This document shows positions 1 to 14,062 of a stretch of DNA of 64,000 bases, one piece after another. The notes beneath the pieces were generated by a model, which saw nothing but the letters and a program-made list of their open reading frames with translations, was not told the origin of the DNA and did no database searches. Position numbers and translations under genes: made by a program. Source of the DNA: Vicugna vicugna (lineage: Eukaryota); the NCBI GenBank assembly GCA_013265495.1, contig MU058059.1, positions 1,835,502 to 1,899,501 on the forward strand. Direction: 5' to 3'. Within the stretch, counting starts at the first letter, position 1. Each line of letters opens with the position of its first letter.

Positions 1-799
1 AATGATATGTGAAAGTACTGACTGAGGAGACATACTTACTTTATTCACAGTAACAATTCTACATCTCTTTACTATGTTCCTAAACTTTGCTACCAAAACC
101 TCAAACTGAGCTGCTCCTCAAATCAGGTGATTGGTTGGCTGCCCATAGGAGCAGGGAGGGCAGCAAGCAGAGAGCCAGAGGATGCTCCCAACCTCCCAAT
201 GTGCACATCTGTAGGGCACCTCCCCTGCCCAGGGCCCCGCTGGGACATCTGTGTCCTGTCCTGTCTGGTCAGCACTGAGCGGACTCAGGAGATCAGTCTT
301 ACCACCTCCTCCTACTGGTGAGGCAACTGAGGCAGCGTAGGGTGAGATAGCTTACCCAGAAACACACAACCAGCCAGAGGCAGATGCAAAAAGGAGCATA
401 GCAGATATATATCCAAAGCCAAGTCCATGGTGACTAAGATTTCTTTCCTTCCTTGAATTAGAACCAGAATTATGCCCTTTGTCCTCTAGAAGAAAATGCA
501 GACGAATCTGAGCTTCGACCGTGGATTAGTATTGTTGGCTAGGTGTGTAAACCTAGCAGATGGGAGGTGCTCGGTGCATGCCAGTCAGACGAAGTCTGGG
601 TTTATCCCGCGTTGGCATCTCAGGAGAGGCCGGCTCTAGTTACTGCTAGTGTCAGTGCCCCTCACTGAGGGCAGCTGGAGGCCGACTCTTCCCCTCCTGT
701 GGGACAGCCGTTTCTGAGGAGCATGTCTCTTCCTCCTAAGTCTCTACTTCTCTTCGTATCCATAGGAACTACCTTAGATGCTGCCACCATCATTCTTGA

Positions 800-1025
800 A
801 GGGAAAAGAGCAGAGACTCTGGGTCCTGTTCTTGCTGTGTGAATGTGGGCAGATCATTTTCCCTTCCATGCCTCAGTGTCCTTGGCAGTGGAACGGGCAT
901 ACTGCTTCCCCCTGCCTCATGGGATTACCGCGAGGATTGCATGAGTTAATGTCCGTAAGTGCTGAGAATGTTACCTGGCACAGAGTAACTGCACAGTCAA
1001 TGTTAGTGTTTATTACTATTTAATA
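800..1025 (+). mobile_element. MIR SINE
   Basis: Degenerate MIR core and 3' end (cctcagt…gaggattgcatgagttaat…aagtgctgagaatgttacctggcacagagtaa…atgttag). Confidence 0.7.
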
Positions 1026-1494
1026 ACAGGCTGTCATCATTACTGTAAGAGCTATAAGCCTTTACAGTTTCTAATTCTTTGGTCAGATTTTGAGAATTCC
1101 CTGTATAGTTTCTTAGCCAGAGTGCTACAGCAAATGGTAGTAAATTTAGGATCTTTTCTTATCAGTCAGCCTGTAAGATACAGCAGTCAGATCACAGGAC
1201 AGTTAAGTGGCAGCATACTTTTGTGGTTAAGAGCACAAGCTTGAGAGGGTTGGTGCCATTGCTCCTGAGACTGATCCTAGGGAGCTGAAAACAGCTGTAA
1301 TTCTCCATTTCCTCATTTGCAAATCAGAGGCTAATGTTGACCTCGTGGGAAAGTGTGAACATTTTAACAAGGCATTCAGGTACCAGGCATGTATATGCTT
1401 GGGAATTTTTCAGTTGTTTCCATCATCATTATTTTTTCAGATGTGTGTAATCATTTGGAGATGTTTATTTTTGTAATGTGTCATTGCTTTCTAG

Positions 1495-1572
1495 TTCTTC
1501 GAGAAAGTTGAGGAATCGGGGCTGGAGTCGGAAGGGATTTTTCGACTTTCAGGATGTACTGCCAAAGTCAAG
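1495..1572 (+). CDS. ARHGAP28: ARHGAP28 internal coding exon (RhoGAP domain, arginine-finger segment)
   Basis: ttctag|TTC...AAG|gtaccg; 78 nt, FFEKVEESGLESEGIFRLSGCTAKVK, contains the RhoGAP GIFRLSG motif. Confidence 0.95.
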
Positions 1573-4500
1573 GTACCGACGTTTTCTCTTCCTAGTTAGA
1601 CACCTCTGCTAGCTAGACCCAGTTTACACATAGGTGTCTAGTTGCTCGCTGCTGCTGCTGTGGTTGATACTAAGCTTGACTCCACCGAGCATTCCTCAGC
1701 ACCTCTGATGAAATGTTGCTCCATGATTCTGAGTCGTGTGGCCTTTTCAATTAAAACAACAACAATGAAACCGCATGTCAATTCGCCATCAAAGACTGCC
1801 GCTTGTCTTTGGTTTGGAAAAGTTGAAACGTCCCAGCACTGTTTTGGGGGTTAAATACTTTAGTTTTCTGTGTTCTTCACAGTCTTGGAATTCACTAAGC
1901 CAGCATTAGATGATCCCTGATTTCCATTACCAGTTGCTTTAAACTTAGACACATCCTTCAGCTCTGCTTTTAATGAAAGTCCTTATAACAATTTGTAGGA
2001 ATGTCTGTAACCACTAAAACACTCACTCAGCAGTTCTAAAACCCAATTCCATTTAAGGGAATGTTAGTTTCTGTATATGAAACCACCCTTGCAATGTGAA
2101 TTCTTTTTACTTTCTTACTTCTATATGGTGGCAAACTCTTCAGTACAACAAAGAAAAGAACCAGTAGAAAAGAGAAGCTTTTCTCATAAATTTCCAGTAA
2201 GATACCCCACTTTGCAAACATACACAATGTAGAGCCCCTCCCTGCCCTGGAGCTGTCGCTGGTGGGTGAACTTGGGAACATGTGCAATTCTAAATAATGA
2301 ATCCTTAAGGGAAGAATCTCAGGGAGGGGAAGTGAACTTGGTTGTGTTTAGAACTATTAAAAGGAATTGTGTAGGGGTGGAAAAGCATCTCTTCAAAATT
2401 AATTCATTTTGGCACATGTTTTGGGAAATTCTGTTTGTATCAGAAGTTCAGAGTTTTTATATAGAAGTATGATGAGATATTTTTCAGAGTGGAAACTGAG
2501 ACTGTGTCTATTGGAAGACCCAGAAAACAGATGTCAGGACAAAGTTGGGAGTAAAGAAGGTGACTGGGGAGAGGGCTTCTGGAGGATGGAGGGGGAAGAT
2601 GCAGGCTGGGCCAGGCTGAGCCTCAGGCCAGGTGACCGTCTAACTGCTCACTCTACGCCCACAGAGCGGCCCTGCACTGGGCAGAGTGGCCAGCCAGTCC
2701 CTACACCGCACAGCCATTGCGGGGCTTCCTGCAGGGAAGGGCCTGATGCCCCTCAGACCGTGCCAGAAGCTGGGGAGTCAGCTCGCTGGATTTGTTGCAG
2801 AGGAACAGCCAGTTCTTTTTTGAAGGGAGACCTGAGCAGTGCACCCCCACTTTCTTTGCCAGTGACTGAGGCGATCAGCACATTTGGGGGGTTGTGCCTC
2901 CCTCGGAGTAGAGGTTGCTAAGTGCTGGCACAGGTTCACTTGGAAGGCAGGGAAACCCCTAATGGCTCCTGAAGGTGTGTACTTTCTAAATGGAATCTGC
3001 TTTTTGTCTCAGGTTCTCACAGGTATGGTTGTTTATATATACTTCTCAATAAATGCATCCTAAATCTGAGGACAAAAGCTATTACTAGTTTTGGTTAACT
3101 CTCTGGTTTTATCTGTAGAGTCAGAGAATCAAAGTGAAGTCAGGGAAACGAATTTCCTGAACAGGATTAGACTCCATCCCTGTAAACCTCCCTCCATGGC
3201 TGGGAAGCTGTATTGTACATATTCTTACTGACTCTTCCTTTGTGTGTGTCAGAGAGACAGAGAAAGAGGGGAAGGAAAAGCGAAACGGGTATGATTCTAT
3301 TTTTGAAAATAATCAAAAGGAGAAAACATAGCACATTTCTTTTGTGTATGAAGTTTAACATCATAGCACAAGTTACTTTTCTTTAGCTAATCTTCTACTG
3401 AGAAATACTTACCAAGGCCAATAACTCTTAACATGTTCTAAGAGGCACGTGCATTCCTGAACCACATGTAGGTAAAAGTTCCTTTTCGCCTTAATTGGTT
3501 TTATGTAGCTTCAGCCTATTTTTTCCATCTCTTGTTAGTCCAAAGAAATGTAATCCAGATGTTTTCATGGTTTGGGCTCCAGGAAAGCCAGTGTGAAAGA
3601 AATCTGGGCCAGTGAACAAAAACAGGGGAATACTGCAGTCAGAAAGGCATTGTAACTTGATATAGTACAGGAGGTCTTTATTTCTCTCCTTTGTTCAGAC
3701 TTTAAACTTAAAAAACTTTTTTTCATCTGTTAAACTATTTTTCTAGGAATGTGCTTGGGGAAAGAAAGTTTAAAAAAAAAAACTCCATTGTAATTATCCT
3801 CAAATCGTGCCAAGTGGATGACGCTAACACGGAGGTATCTTTATGAAGAGTCCAGCCTGCGTTTGTGTGTTCAGGGCCTGAGTGGACTCACGGGGCAGCC
3901 TCCCTGAGGGGACCCAGCTGGCTTCAGCTGCACGGGGCTGCCAACTGCTGAGCCCATTCCTGTATTTGAGGCCTCAGATCATTTGGAACCAATGTAATGC
4001 TTTGGTGTTTCCAGTGATTTTCCTTTTCTAAAAATGACAAAAGATTTGAACCAAACACCAAGGAATATATTTTATGGAAGAAAGCACACTGGTTTGACAT
4101 GTGAGACTTTTTTTTTTAATTTGTTTGAATTACCAGGAGGTGGCGCTAAATGTTTTTTAATGAGGTTACCGGGTCTGCTGGTTTCCCCTCCTGAACTGGT
4201 TTTTCATGCTGAAGGCGGGTCATTTGCATTTTTATAAAATTACCTCAGGAATGGAAGCAGGTGGGAGATTTGCTCAGAGGAGATTTAAGGATGCAGCTCC
4301 TGACCCTCACTTGGTGTCCTCATTCACGGAGGACAGAAAGCATAACTTCTTCAACCTCTGCACCCTCCCCATCTCCGGCCGGGAAGACTCAGCACCTGGG
4401 TCACATGCAGGACCGCCATGGAAATGTCACGTCTCCCCACCTTCCACCGTGCTCCAGCCCAAACCAAGGGAGGACATCCTCCTTCTCTGTTCTGTTTCAC

Positions 4501-4629
4501 ACTGGCCATCCAGGCAGGACGAGGTGGTGTTCCTACCCGAATGTCCACATACACGTGGGGTTTCCATAGTAATGACACTAGAGGTTGTAACAGATTGAGA
4601 CCAGGGGAGGTGAACGCAGCCAGCATTGA

Positions 4630-4810
4630 CTGAGAGCTCTCTATGTGGCGGGCCCTGCCCCCTGAGCTTTACATTATATTATCTGACTTCATCTCTGTGA
4701 GGTCATGTTAACATCCCCATTACACAGAAACTTGAGGCACAGGGCATACAAGTAGGCAGTAGTGGAATTAGGGTAAAAACCTGAAGAATCTGATTCTAGA
4801 GCCTGCCCTT
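4630..4810 (-). mobile_element. MIR SINE fragment
   Basis: atccccattacacagaaacttgaggcacag…agtggaattagg…tctgattctagagcc. Confidence 0.6.
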
Positions 4811-5039
4811 TTGACACTGGTGCCCCATTGCCTCTTCGGTGAGTCGAAGCACTGGCAGGTTAGCATGCGTCACTCTGGTGTTTCAGAACACTTTCTGTGG
4901 GGAGTGAATTTGAATTCTACTCTTTCTGGCACTTCCTGCCCACCTGAAAAACAGGTTCTTATCTGCCTCACAGCAGTGGTACCAGGCAGTGCACAGAAAA
5001 CACCTGCTCCTCCCCCTCTGTTTCCTGTTAACAGCTCCC

Positions 5040-5800
5040 CACCTGCCCGCCCATCACTCCAGCCGGCAGTCAGAGTCACCTTGGGCTTTATTTCTCCTTC
5101 TCAGTTTCATATACAATCCATCACTGCTTCTTGAGAATGTCCCCTCCTGGGCACTTCTTAAATGCCACCTCTTCTTTCTGTCTAAAATTGCTTATCCAGG
5201 TTAGTCCTTGATTATCCATCACCAGAAATGATGCTATAGTCCAATAACAGCTCTCTGTGTCTCTATCCTGCTCCCCAGCCAGCGCTGAGCTCCACCCTCC
5301 CACAAATCACATTTCCATCTGGCTATCAGAAGATAAATCTCACCTTCTCATTCTATGGCTTGGAAAGGTTCCATGTTGCCTCACTGCCTGCAGAATTAAG
5401 TCCAGACCCCTTAGGCTGGGCTCTGAGCTGTTCCCCAGTCTCATCTCTCTCTGTCTCACCCTTGTCAGTGATACTCCAGAAGCACAGAGCTACTAACTGG
5501 AGACCCCAGACCCACTGGGGCTTCTTGGATTTTGTCACAGCTTGAACAGTTTCTTCTGTCCAGGACACCCTTATATTTCCTCTTCCTCTGGCAAGCTTGT
5601 CACCAGTCCTCAAGATTGGCCCTGCGGAGTTTGATTCCCCTTTTTCATGGCTGCACAGCACCCAGTACATGGCTTTCTTACAGCATTCAACACCCTAAAT
5701 TAGTATTTTGAGTCCATGAACTCATCCAATGTACAAGACGCCCAAAAGCAAAGAAGGGATCTTATGTATCCCCCTCCTATCTGAGCCCAGTCTGTGTTCT
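5040..5800. mobile_element. Old L2-like LINE remnant
   Basis: atacaatccatcac…, cactgcctgcagaattaagtccagacccctt and similar motifs typical of L2 3' region. Confidence 0.45.
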
Positions 5801-6980
5801 CTTTTTTCCCCAAGGAAAAGCTTTATATGTAGATTTCAGTGCTTTATAAAGGATATTTATCAGCCAAGGATTGCTTGATTAGCTGTATTATTCCTGCTAG
5901 ACTGAGAGCTTCTTAAGAGGAAAATCTCCTTTTGATGTCATCCGAAGGGACTAGAGGGTTAGCTCGGAATCGGTCTGTCTCTGTGAGAGAAGTGTCCTGC
6001 CAGGGCGTCCCCTGGTTTGCAGGCTCTGGAGCTATAAGGGTGTTTATGTCTGGGCTGGTTAATGAGCTACTCCTTGGAGGAAAAGGTCAGATTTACAAAC
6101 TGATGCTGGTTGTTGCATGTTTAAGGCTGGAAGATGTAGGTATCTCATGAGAGTAAAGCAGAGGCCCTAAGGAAACTGAGGATTTTCAGGGTTCTCTAAG
6201 TGTCCTTTTTGAAACAGTTATTGTCAGTTGCAGAACTGACTGGAACTGCGTGGCATTACTGGTAAACTCTGTAGTTGAAGGGAGTAATAGAATGGGTGGC
6301 TGATCATCAGGTGAATTGATAGTATAAAATGTATAACCCAAGTTAAACTTATGGAGGTTTAGTGATATTTTAAAAATATTTATGGTGTTCCAAACCTTAG
6401 GAAGGATTGGACAAGCATGCTGACATTGGAACAATTATACATCGTGACATAAAACTCTGCTGTAACTGCTCCAGGGAGACGTCACTGGTCTGCACGTTGC
6501 ATGAGATCAGAGTTCCGTTATTGGGATGTCTCTCATTCTGTATGTGAACTAGGCAAGAAGCATATATTCTTGACCTAATTTAGAAATAGAAGACAGGATG
6601 GCAGAAGGAAGGGATCATTAAAAAGGGGGGGGGGAGTAGAGACTTTGTCGAAATCTAGCAGTGCATTTATCATGTAGGGATAGGCAGTGTTCTGCCAAAA
6701 CCACATAAATGAAACTGTGATCTGAGAAAGGAACTTTTTTATTTGTGTAGAATTGGCAAATTATGTTAAGATTAACATTCTAAAAGGATTTTAGAAAACT
6801 TAAAACAAGTTCAGAAATACCTATTTCAGTTCTTTAATAATGTTGAAAAAAGTTAGGGTTAGTAGATACTGGCTTTTCAATCTAGTTACAAAAGTAGTTT
6901 ATTGAATGAGTTTTTAAAGGGGAAAAAAGGGATCCAGAGGTAAAATTCATTCAATATTGACTGTTTTCCTTGATTTTCAG

Positions 6981-7143
6981 CAATACCGTGAAGAACTGGA
7001 TGCCAAGTTTAATGCTGATAAATTTAAATGGGACAAAATGTGCCACAGAGAAGCCGCAGTCATGTTGAAAGCATTTTTCAGAGAACTGCCCACCTCTCTC
7101 TTCCCCGTGGAATATATCCCTGCCTTCATCTCTCTGATGGAAA
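6981..7143 (+). CDS. ARHGAP28: ARHGAP28 coding exon (RhoGAP domain)
   Basis: ttttcag|CAA...GAA A|gtaggt; QYREELDAKFNADKFKWDKMCHREAAVMLKAFFRELPTSLFPVEYIPAFISLME; in phase with neighbours. Confidence 0.95.
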
Positions 7144-8384
7144 GTAGGTGGAAGAAGTTAAGTGTCAATGGACTAAGATATAAGGTCAACAAAATGACAC
7201 AGAGCAGAAGAAAGTTGCATAGTCAGATATGATCATAAATGTATGGATTTGCTATATCCTGGCAGTGCTTGGTGAAATTTGAGTTCGCTGGTAAACAGTC
7301 ATTTCTTTACATGTTTATACATCTAAGTCTGGTAGATATGATTTAGAGCGTTTTGTAGTCATTAAAAGGCAGAGAGGATTACAGAAAGAACAGGCTCTTG
7401 AGATTCGCTCAACCATCTGTTAACCGTGCAGTCAACCTTTCTGAGCGTCATTGCTGCACCTGTAAATTACAGATGATACTTACTTGTCAGGGTTTTTGTA
7501 GGTATTGAGTGAAGACATCCAGGAGAGTGCCTGGTGTATAACAGTCCTTCAGAAATACAAGATCTCACCCTTCTTTAAATCTGAGGTCCTGGGTCTGATG
7601 ATGTGGCATGCAGTAGCTACACAGATGTTTTTCTCTGAGAATTACAGTATCACGTGCGTGAGGCCTTAAGTGGGGAGGACGTGGATAAAAGCATAGAAAC
7701 CGGACAGTGTGTGTTATATTTGGCAGTCAAGGAATAATTTGGCATGGTTTTAGCCTAAAGGTTGAACGTTGAGAAGGTGTGACAAGAAAGAAATTTAGAA
7801 AAGTAGAATGGGGCTGTGTAGTTTGGACTGTGACTATTAACCTGAGGAATTCAGGGGTCACAAGCCTAAATTTGTATAAGCATGTTAAGTGAATGGTGAT
7901 TCTCTATGGACGGAAAGGGACTGTGGCTAGATTGAGAGGATATGTCCCATATAAAGGGGTTGGTCACACTTAGCTCTAGATGATGGTTACCAAGCAGGAG
8001 TGAGAGTCTGAATCCAGGCTTTAATGAGAAAACTCTTAATTTGAAAATTTCACGCACAAATTCAAATTTTAAAACATTATGTGAGCCTAACAAGTGTTAT
8101 CTATATCTGCTGGTTTCCAGCCTTCTGCAGGTTGACCAGAACTATAAAATCCTTAAAACCACAATGAAAGAAAATAATAGATCCTAAGTTGAATGACAAA
8201 ATTTGTTCTAAAAATTAGTAGGTTCTAAAGCTTTAAAATTTCTGAATAAACCAGATTCATAAAATAATCCTTTGTCTTCAGAGAAGAGAATATGATAAGG
8301 CAGTCCTGTTCTAACCTTTAATTGGCATACTGTGGTCAGTAACTTTTTTGTTTGTAAGATGTAGTATTTTTGTTTTATAAGAGA

Positions 8385-9110
8385 GAGCTAGTTCTCTTCA
8401 TTCTTTATTTCAGCTATTGTATATTTTCAGTTCTAGAATTTCCAGTTGCTACTTTTGAACTGTTTTCTCTTTATCTGCTGAGATTGCCTATCTTTTCATT
8501 CATTACAAGCACATTTTCCTTCACATCATGAGCATAGTTACGACAGCTGCTTCAGAACCCTTGTCTGCTGGTTCCAACATCTGGGTCATCTGAGGGTTGG
8601 TCTCTGTTAATTGTCTCCTGCCTTGCAAATAGGTCACTGTGACAAGTAAACTTAAGCTGTATCTGGAACATTGTGAATATTTTTGGAGACTCTTCTGTAG
8701 TATTTCTCTAAAGAGTGGAGTGGGGGTTGGGCTTGTTTTTTGTTTGTTTGTAAGCAGACAATTTGCCTTCTAACCCTTACCTAGTCTACTCCATATATGC
8801 ATGGTTTATGGGGTGAGCAAGATTTGGGTGGATTTTACACAGGAATTAGGGCCTTCTAGCTCTTGATCTTTCCTTTCTGGGATTCCCCTTAACTTCCCAG
8901 TGGCTGTGGTCATCCTGAACCCTGTCCTCAGTTGTTCAGGCCAGAAAGACTGGGGTTTTCTTTTGGAATCTTAGCTACCACATGCAGTGCTGACTATGTT
9001 TTTTGTACTTTGTCCAGAGTTCATAGTTCAGGAGGGTTGAGAGGGGACGAGCTTACTCAGCCATACCAGAACTCCCTCCCTTTATCTGTAAGTCCAAAAA
9101 CCACAGGGTC
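8385..9110 (-). mobile_element. Old L1M fragment (5'/ORF1 region)
   Basis: tattttcagttctagaatttcc…ctgagattgcctatcttttcattcatt…gctggttccaacatctgggtcatct. Confidence 0.6.
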
Positions 9111-10794
9111 TTCTATAAAGCTTGCACTCCTGGAAAATGGGCTCCAGAAGTATTAGTTTCACCTTTATCTGTGGTATATACTGAACAGTTCATGAAAACA
9201 AATTGGGGCCACAGAGGATTTTTTTTGTTTTGTTTTTCTTTTTATGGTCCTATGGAATTACACAAGGAGGAGTCAAATCTCTCATGTAAGACCTGTTGGG
9301 AGAATCATGGTTAAGAAGGAAATCATATTTAATTTTTCTTAATATTATTATTTAGATATTGAAGCCAATATACGTCAGTGAAGGGAGAGAATCTGGAAAA
9401 ATATCCTGTAAAATGTTCACAGGAGGGTCCACATTTCTTTGTATGATTTTGAAAGTGAAAAATAACTATATTGCAGTGATTGATTGGATACCAGCCAACC
9501 CCGCAGGAAACCCGAAGTTCTAGGCTGCTGCCAGTAGGGAAAATGGCCTTTTCGCCACCTGGAATTTCTCCTTGTAACAAGATTTTCTGAAGGGAAAAAC
9601 TATAAACATGTGTGTGTTTAAGCTGCCCCTGTTTTTGCTCTAAGATGGAGTTTGGAGAACGTGGAGTCTTTTCCACTAGTGTAATTACTTTCTCTTTTCT
9701 CTTTGCAAACTTTGTCCCAAAGTTGGCCATAAAATTAAAAGACTAATAGTTCATCAACGAAACCTTAGATACTTTCATTAAAAGTTTAATAAATTTCTGG
9801 GAAAATAATGACCTCAGGAGGGGATAAAAAAGACTGTTAACTAGGATGCAATAAATGAATTAACCACAAAGCTATTAACCATGAAACTATAGGGCCAGGT
9901 TTCCTAAATAAAATGAAAATGGGTTATTTGCCAGTTTAGGTTTTTAATCTTAAAAGGAACTTCATATCTGAAATTGATGGAAATACAGAGCCTGCATCTG
10001 CATCTTTTGTTTCCTCCCCAGAGGTTTTTTTGGGGAGTTGCATTGGGAAATAACAGACAGCCCTTAACCTGCAGTTTATGCATTAATTGTCTTATATGTC
10101 CTCAAAGACTTTGTACTGAGATGTGCTCCGGATAATGCCTGTTACTCCGGCAGACTCACGTCAGTGTGCATTAGCCATATTCAGAAACAACCTGGACCTG
10201 TGTCATGTGTGTTTACAAGTTTGACATAAGTTTTTAAAAACATGGGGATTGTGTCGGGACAATATGATGCGAGCCTATAAGTACTCCTCCCATCTGTTCC
10301 TTCATTGCATGGTTGTATGTAGTCATTTCCTCCTAATTCAGGGGCACATGACCTCCTGTGCACTAGTAGCTCATCACAAGAGTGTTTCCCCTGCTGTAAA
10401 GCTAGGTAACTATATAGGCGGCCGACTGCCTTTATCCACTGACTTTAAATTGACAGATTTTCCTTCAACTCGAGAACTCCCTGGGGATTACAGAACATAA
10501 TACCAAGAGACCGTTTTGAGGAGAATACCCAGAGACTGGGCCAAGACTGGATGCTCTAGTATACCCTACGTTTTCAACACAGCTGGTCATAGATTATCCA
10601 GCTGTGGATGGAATTCCTAAAATCTTTTCCCTAAAATGGGAAAAGAGCCAGCATTGAGAACACACAGTAGTAGAATGCCAGCCCTCGGGCGCCATCTTCT
10701 GTCGCTGTCGAGGGATAAAGTACTCAAGAATCTCCAAAGATCCAACCACAGTCCCCTTCCCTCCGTGTCCATTTAAGATCTAAATCATTGATCA

Positions 10795-11045
10795 TAATAA
10801 CAAGAGCAAACACACGTAGGGGTCACTATGTGCAGGCACTGATGTAAACACGCTGCACTTTAACTCATTTAATCTTCGGAACAGCCCAGTGAGGTAGGTG
10901 TGATGACTATTCCGATTCTACAGATGATCAAGTAGAAGCAACCAGGAGTAAAACAGCCTGCCCAACTGAGGTCACTCAGTGACTAAGTGGTAGACGCAGG
11001 ATTTGAATCTGGGTCTAGAAACCTGTGCTTCTAATAATGATGCTT
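10795..11045 (-). mobile_element. MIR SINE
   Basis: cactatgtgcaggcactg…aactcatttaatctt…gtgaggtagg…attctacagatga…ggatttgaatctgggtct. Confidence 0.8.
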
Positions 11046-11412
11046 TGCTGCCTCATTGTATGGAAGCAAGAGTTATTTTCTCTTGATTTGAGCTTCAAGC
11101 CAACTCTTTATAGCATAAACATAAAAGCAAGGTCTGTGAAAGTACTTTGAAAGGGGACATGTTAAACAAACCCAGGATTATTTTGAGGACCTCGTTGGCC
11201 ACCTGCCTCTACAGCGGCGTCCTGTGGTGGGGAGAAGGAGCTGGTTGACTGAGGCCCCTGTCCAAGGGAGTAGTTACATTCCTGGGCACGCAGCCGGAGG
11301 CTTTACCCCTGAAGGCTGTCAGGGCCCTCCTGGGCCACCAGATATTAGCAAGAAGTGCCATCAGAATGCATCAGCGTTGTTCAAATTGTGTGGTTATTTG
11401 TTTTCTTGTCAG

Positions 11413-11495
11413 GAGGGCCTCACATCAAAGTACAGTTTCAAGCCTTACACCTCATGGTCATGGCCCTGCCCGATGCCAACAGGGACACAGCCCAG
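11413..11495 (+). CDS. ARHGAP28: ARHGAP28 coding exon (RhoGAP domain)
   Basis: cttgtcag|GA...CAG|gtatgt; (R)GPHIKVQFQALHLMVMALPDANRDTAQ. Confidence 0.95.
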
Positions 11496-12704
11496 GTATG
11501 TCACATTGTCCTCATGGTCTGTCGTTGAGTCTGGTTGATCAGAGGAAATGGCTTAGATGGAAAAATGAAAACTGAGATGACAACTTACCCACCAGCTGAG
11601 CCTTCCCACGTTCCCACCACCATTCTCCCGAGGAAGCCAGGAAAGAATGTTAAATCCTGGAATCTTCTTTGAACATTTCCCTTTCATTCATTCAGTGTAT
11701 TCAGAGATATTGAGTGTCTACCATTGCAGAGGCCTGGGGTAGGGTTGGGAGTAGGGAGAAGCAGCAAAAATGGAAGACTTACATGGAGTAATGTCAGAGG
11801 TAAATGAGACCATTATGTAAGTTGGAAAATATAACATTGTTGGGCCTCAGCTGCTCACTTCAGTCTAGTGCCAAGATCTGAGCAGTGTCCTCGGGGAGGA
11901 AATTTGAAACCTCTGATTGAAGTGAAATTTCTGAAATATTCATGTCTTACCATTTATGAAGATAATTCAGTGTAAGGGAATGATCTCATCTCAGAGTCTT
12001 AGAGATCTCCTGATAGGATCTTGTCATTCTCCAGATTAAGAAAATTAAGCTCAGAGAACTTATTTCTCCGTTAATATATAATAGAACATTTGATAGAATT
12101 ATATTCCATAGTTCTCCATCCCAAATACTCTCCTTTTATTTCAAATTCATTTCTTGGCTTTATGTGTATAAAAATCAAAGTTTCTCTTGCAGTTTTGATC
12201 ATGATTCTATATACAATAGGAAATCTGTTGTAAGTACAGCGATTGCTTGGAATGATGTTGTGGTGAGGATGTTTTGGAAAGAGCCCAGAATTTTGAGGCC
12301 AGTAAACACAATGCTGAAGACAAAGATGGTGCTTAGTACTAGTTCTTATCAAGACATTCAATTCGGGGAGAACCTTTCCTCCTGCACAGTGAAACTGTCT
12401 ATGCCAATTATATTGTGTCTTCCACGCAGGAACGGTGATTGGCTAAGGCATAAGAATGTCTGTTTCTAATACAATTTGACAGTTTTTCAAGAGCTGGAAG
12501 TTTTATAGCTTTGGTTTTGGGGCTTTGTCTGAACAACGTTTTTTTTAATCCAAAACATATGAATCTAGACATCTGGGTCAAAATGTCATGTCTCCTTTCA
12601 CATCACTGAGGATGTAGCAATTATCAGCAAATTCAGTACATTTCTAGTAGCAGTTCCTCTGTCTCTCTTCCATTCTAAATTGTGGCTGAAACGAAGATTA
12701 AAGC

Positions 12705-12975
12705 TAGCATGTTGTAGAGAGCATTGTGTCTGGCTCAAGAATCGGGCATCCTTGATTAAATCCTGGCTCTGCCATTTAATTAACTGATGCTGGGCAAAGC
12801 TACTCAGTCCCTCTCCACTTTAGTTTCCTCATCTGTAAAGAAAAAATAAGAATAATAGTACCTACCTCACAGAGTTTGGAATGATGATAAAATGAGTGGA
12901 TGCATATAAAGTGCTAAGATTGTAACACCTGGCTCACTGTAAACCCTCAGATAAATGTTAGCTGTCGTTACTAGT
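12705..12975 (+). mobile_element. MIR SINE, near full length
   Basis: aatcctggctctgccattt…ctgggcaa…agtttcctcatctgtaaa…ataatagtacctacctcacagagtt…ataaatgttagct. Confidence 0.85.
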
Positions 12976-13319
12976 ATGTGCCGTCCATTTTCTCACTACA
13001 AATACTGTAGCAGAATTCAGACTTGGAGAACCAAAGAACATCTCCTTTAAGGATTTCAGTCCTCTAGGTGAACTTCAGAAAGTTCTGATAAGTATTTATG
13101 CTTTGGTGCTCAGCCAGACTTTTACTAACCTTTCTCATTTTTTTTAATGCTGAGAACAGCTGCATGTAGTCATTTCCCTTTGATCTGCTGAAGATTCCAA
13201 AATTGAAAAGCAGTAGAAAAATGACTCCCAAAAGTAAATTTTTTCAGTTTTTCAGTTAAGATTACATTTGGACTGAAGAATGAGATACTCATTTTGTTGT
13301 TGTTCTTCTTTTAATTTTT

Positions 13320-13580
13320 TTTTTACTTAATTTTTAAATTTTTTTGAGGTATCATTGAAATATTGTATTAGTTTCAGGTAGACAACATACTGTTTTGATA
13401 TTTGTATATACTACAAAATCACTATAAATCTCATTATCCTCCATCACTATTAAAAATTATTTTTCTTGTGATGAGAACTTTTAAAATCTACTCTCTTAGC
13501 AGCTTTCAAATATGTGATATAGCATTATTGACCATAGTCACCGTGCTGTATTATATCCCCGTAACTTACTTATTTCATAA
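13320..13580 (-). mobile_element. L1 3'-end fragment
   Basis: T-rich tail then tattagtttcaggt…aaaatctactctcttagcagctttcaaata…accatagtcaccgtgctgta. Confidence 0.75.
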
Positions 13581-14062
13581 CTTACTTATTTTAAAACTCA
13601 TGTTTTTCTTAAATAGGTTTTCCTTTCCCAAGGAAACAGTAAATAGTTTTCAATAGTCATGCCTGAAATGAGTGTTTTTTAGAATTACTGTTCTTCCTTC
13701 ACAAGTTGCATTTCATGTTTACTTGAGCTATAGTGTTTTCTCTCCCTAGCTTACTGTTTAACTTTAATATTTGTCAGATGCTCTTAAGGTAAAAAAATAA
13801 GAAAATGCAAACTATTATTTATAGAGACCCCAATATAATAAATTCCATAAAAATGGAGCTATTTTTATGAAACAGAGACTTGAATAAACCTTTCACAGTT
13901 CTCATTAGCACTTGTAAGCAATTAAAGGAGAAACATGATACATTGTACTCCTGACAGTTTTCTGGAGACACAGTGAACAGGTATAGAAATGAATGATGGT
14001 AATCAGTGATGCCTTTTCATAATTTACAATGACTAGTGTGACACAGTGCTGTTTCTTGTTAG

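Noticed and set aside
2409..2921. 170-aa intronic ORF
   Set aside because: No recognisable homology, TTG start, and not needed by the in-frame ARHGAP28 exon chain
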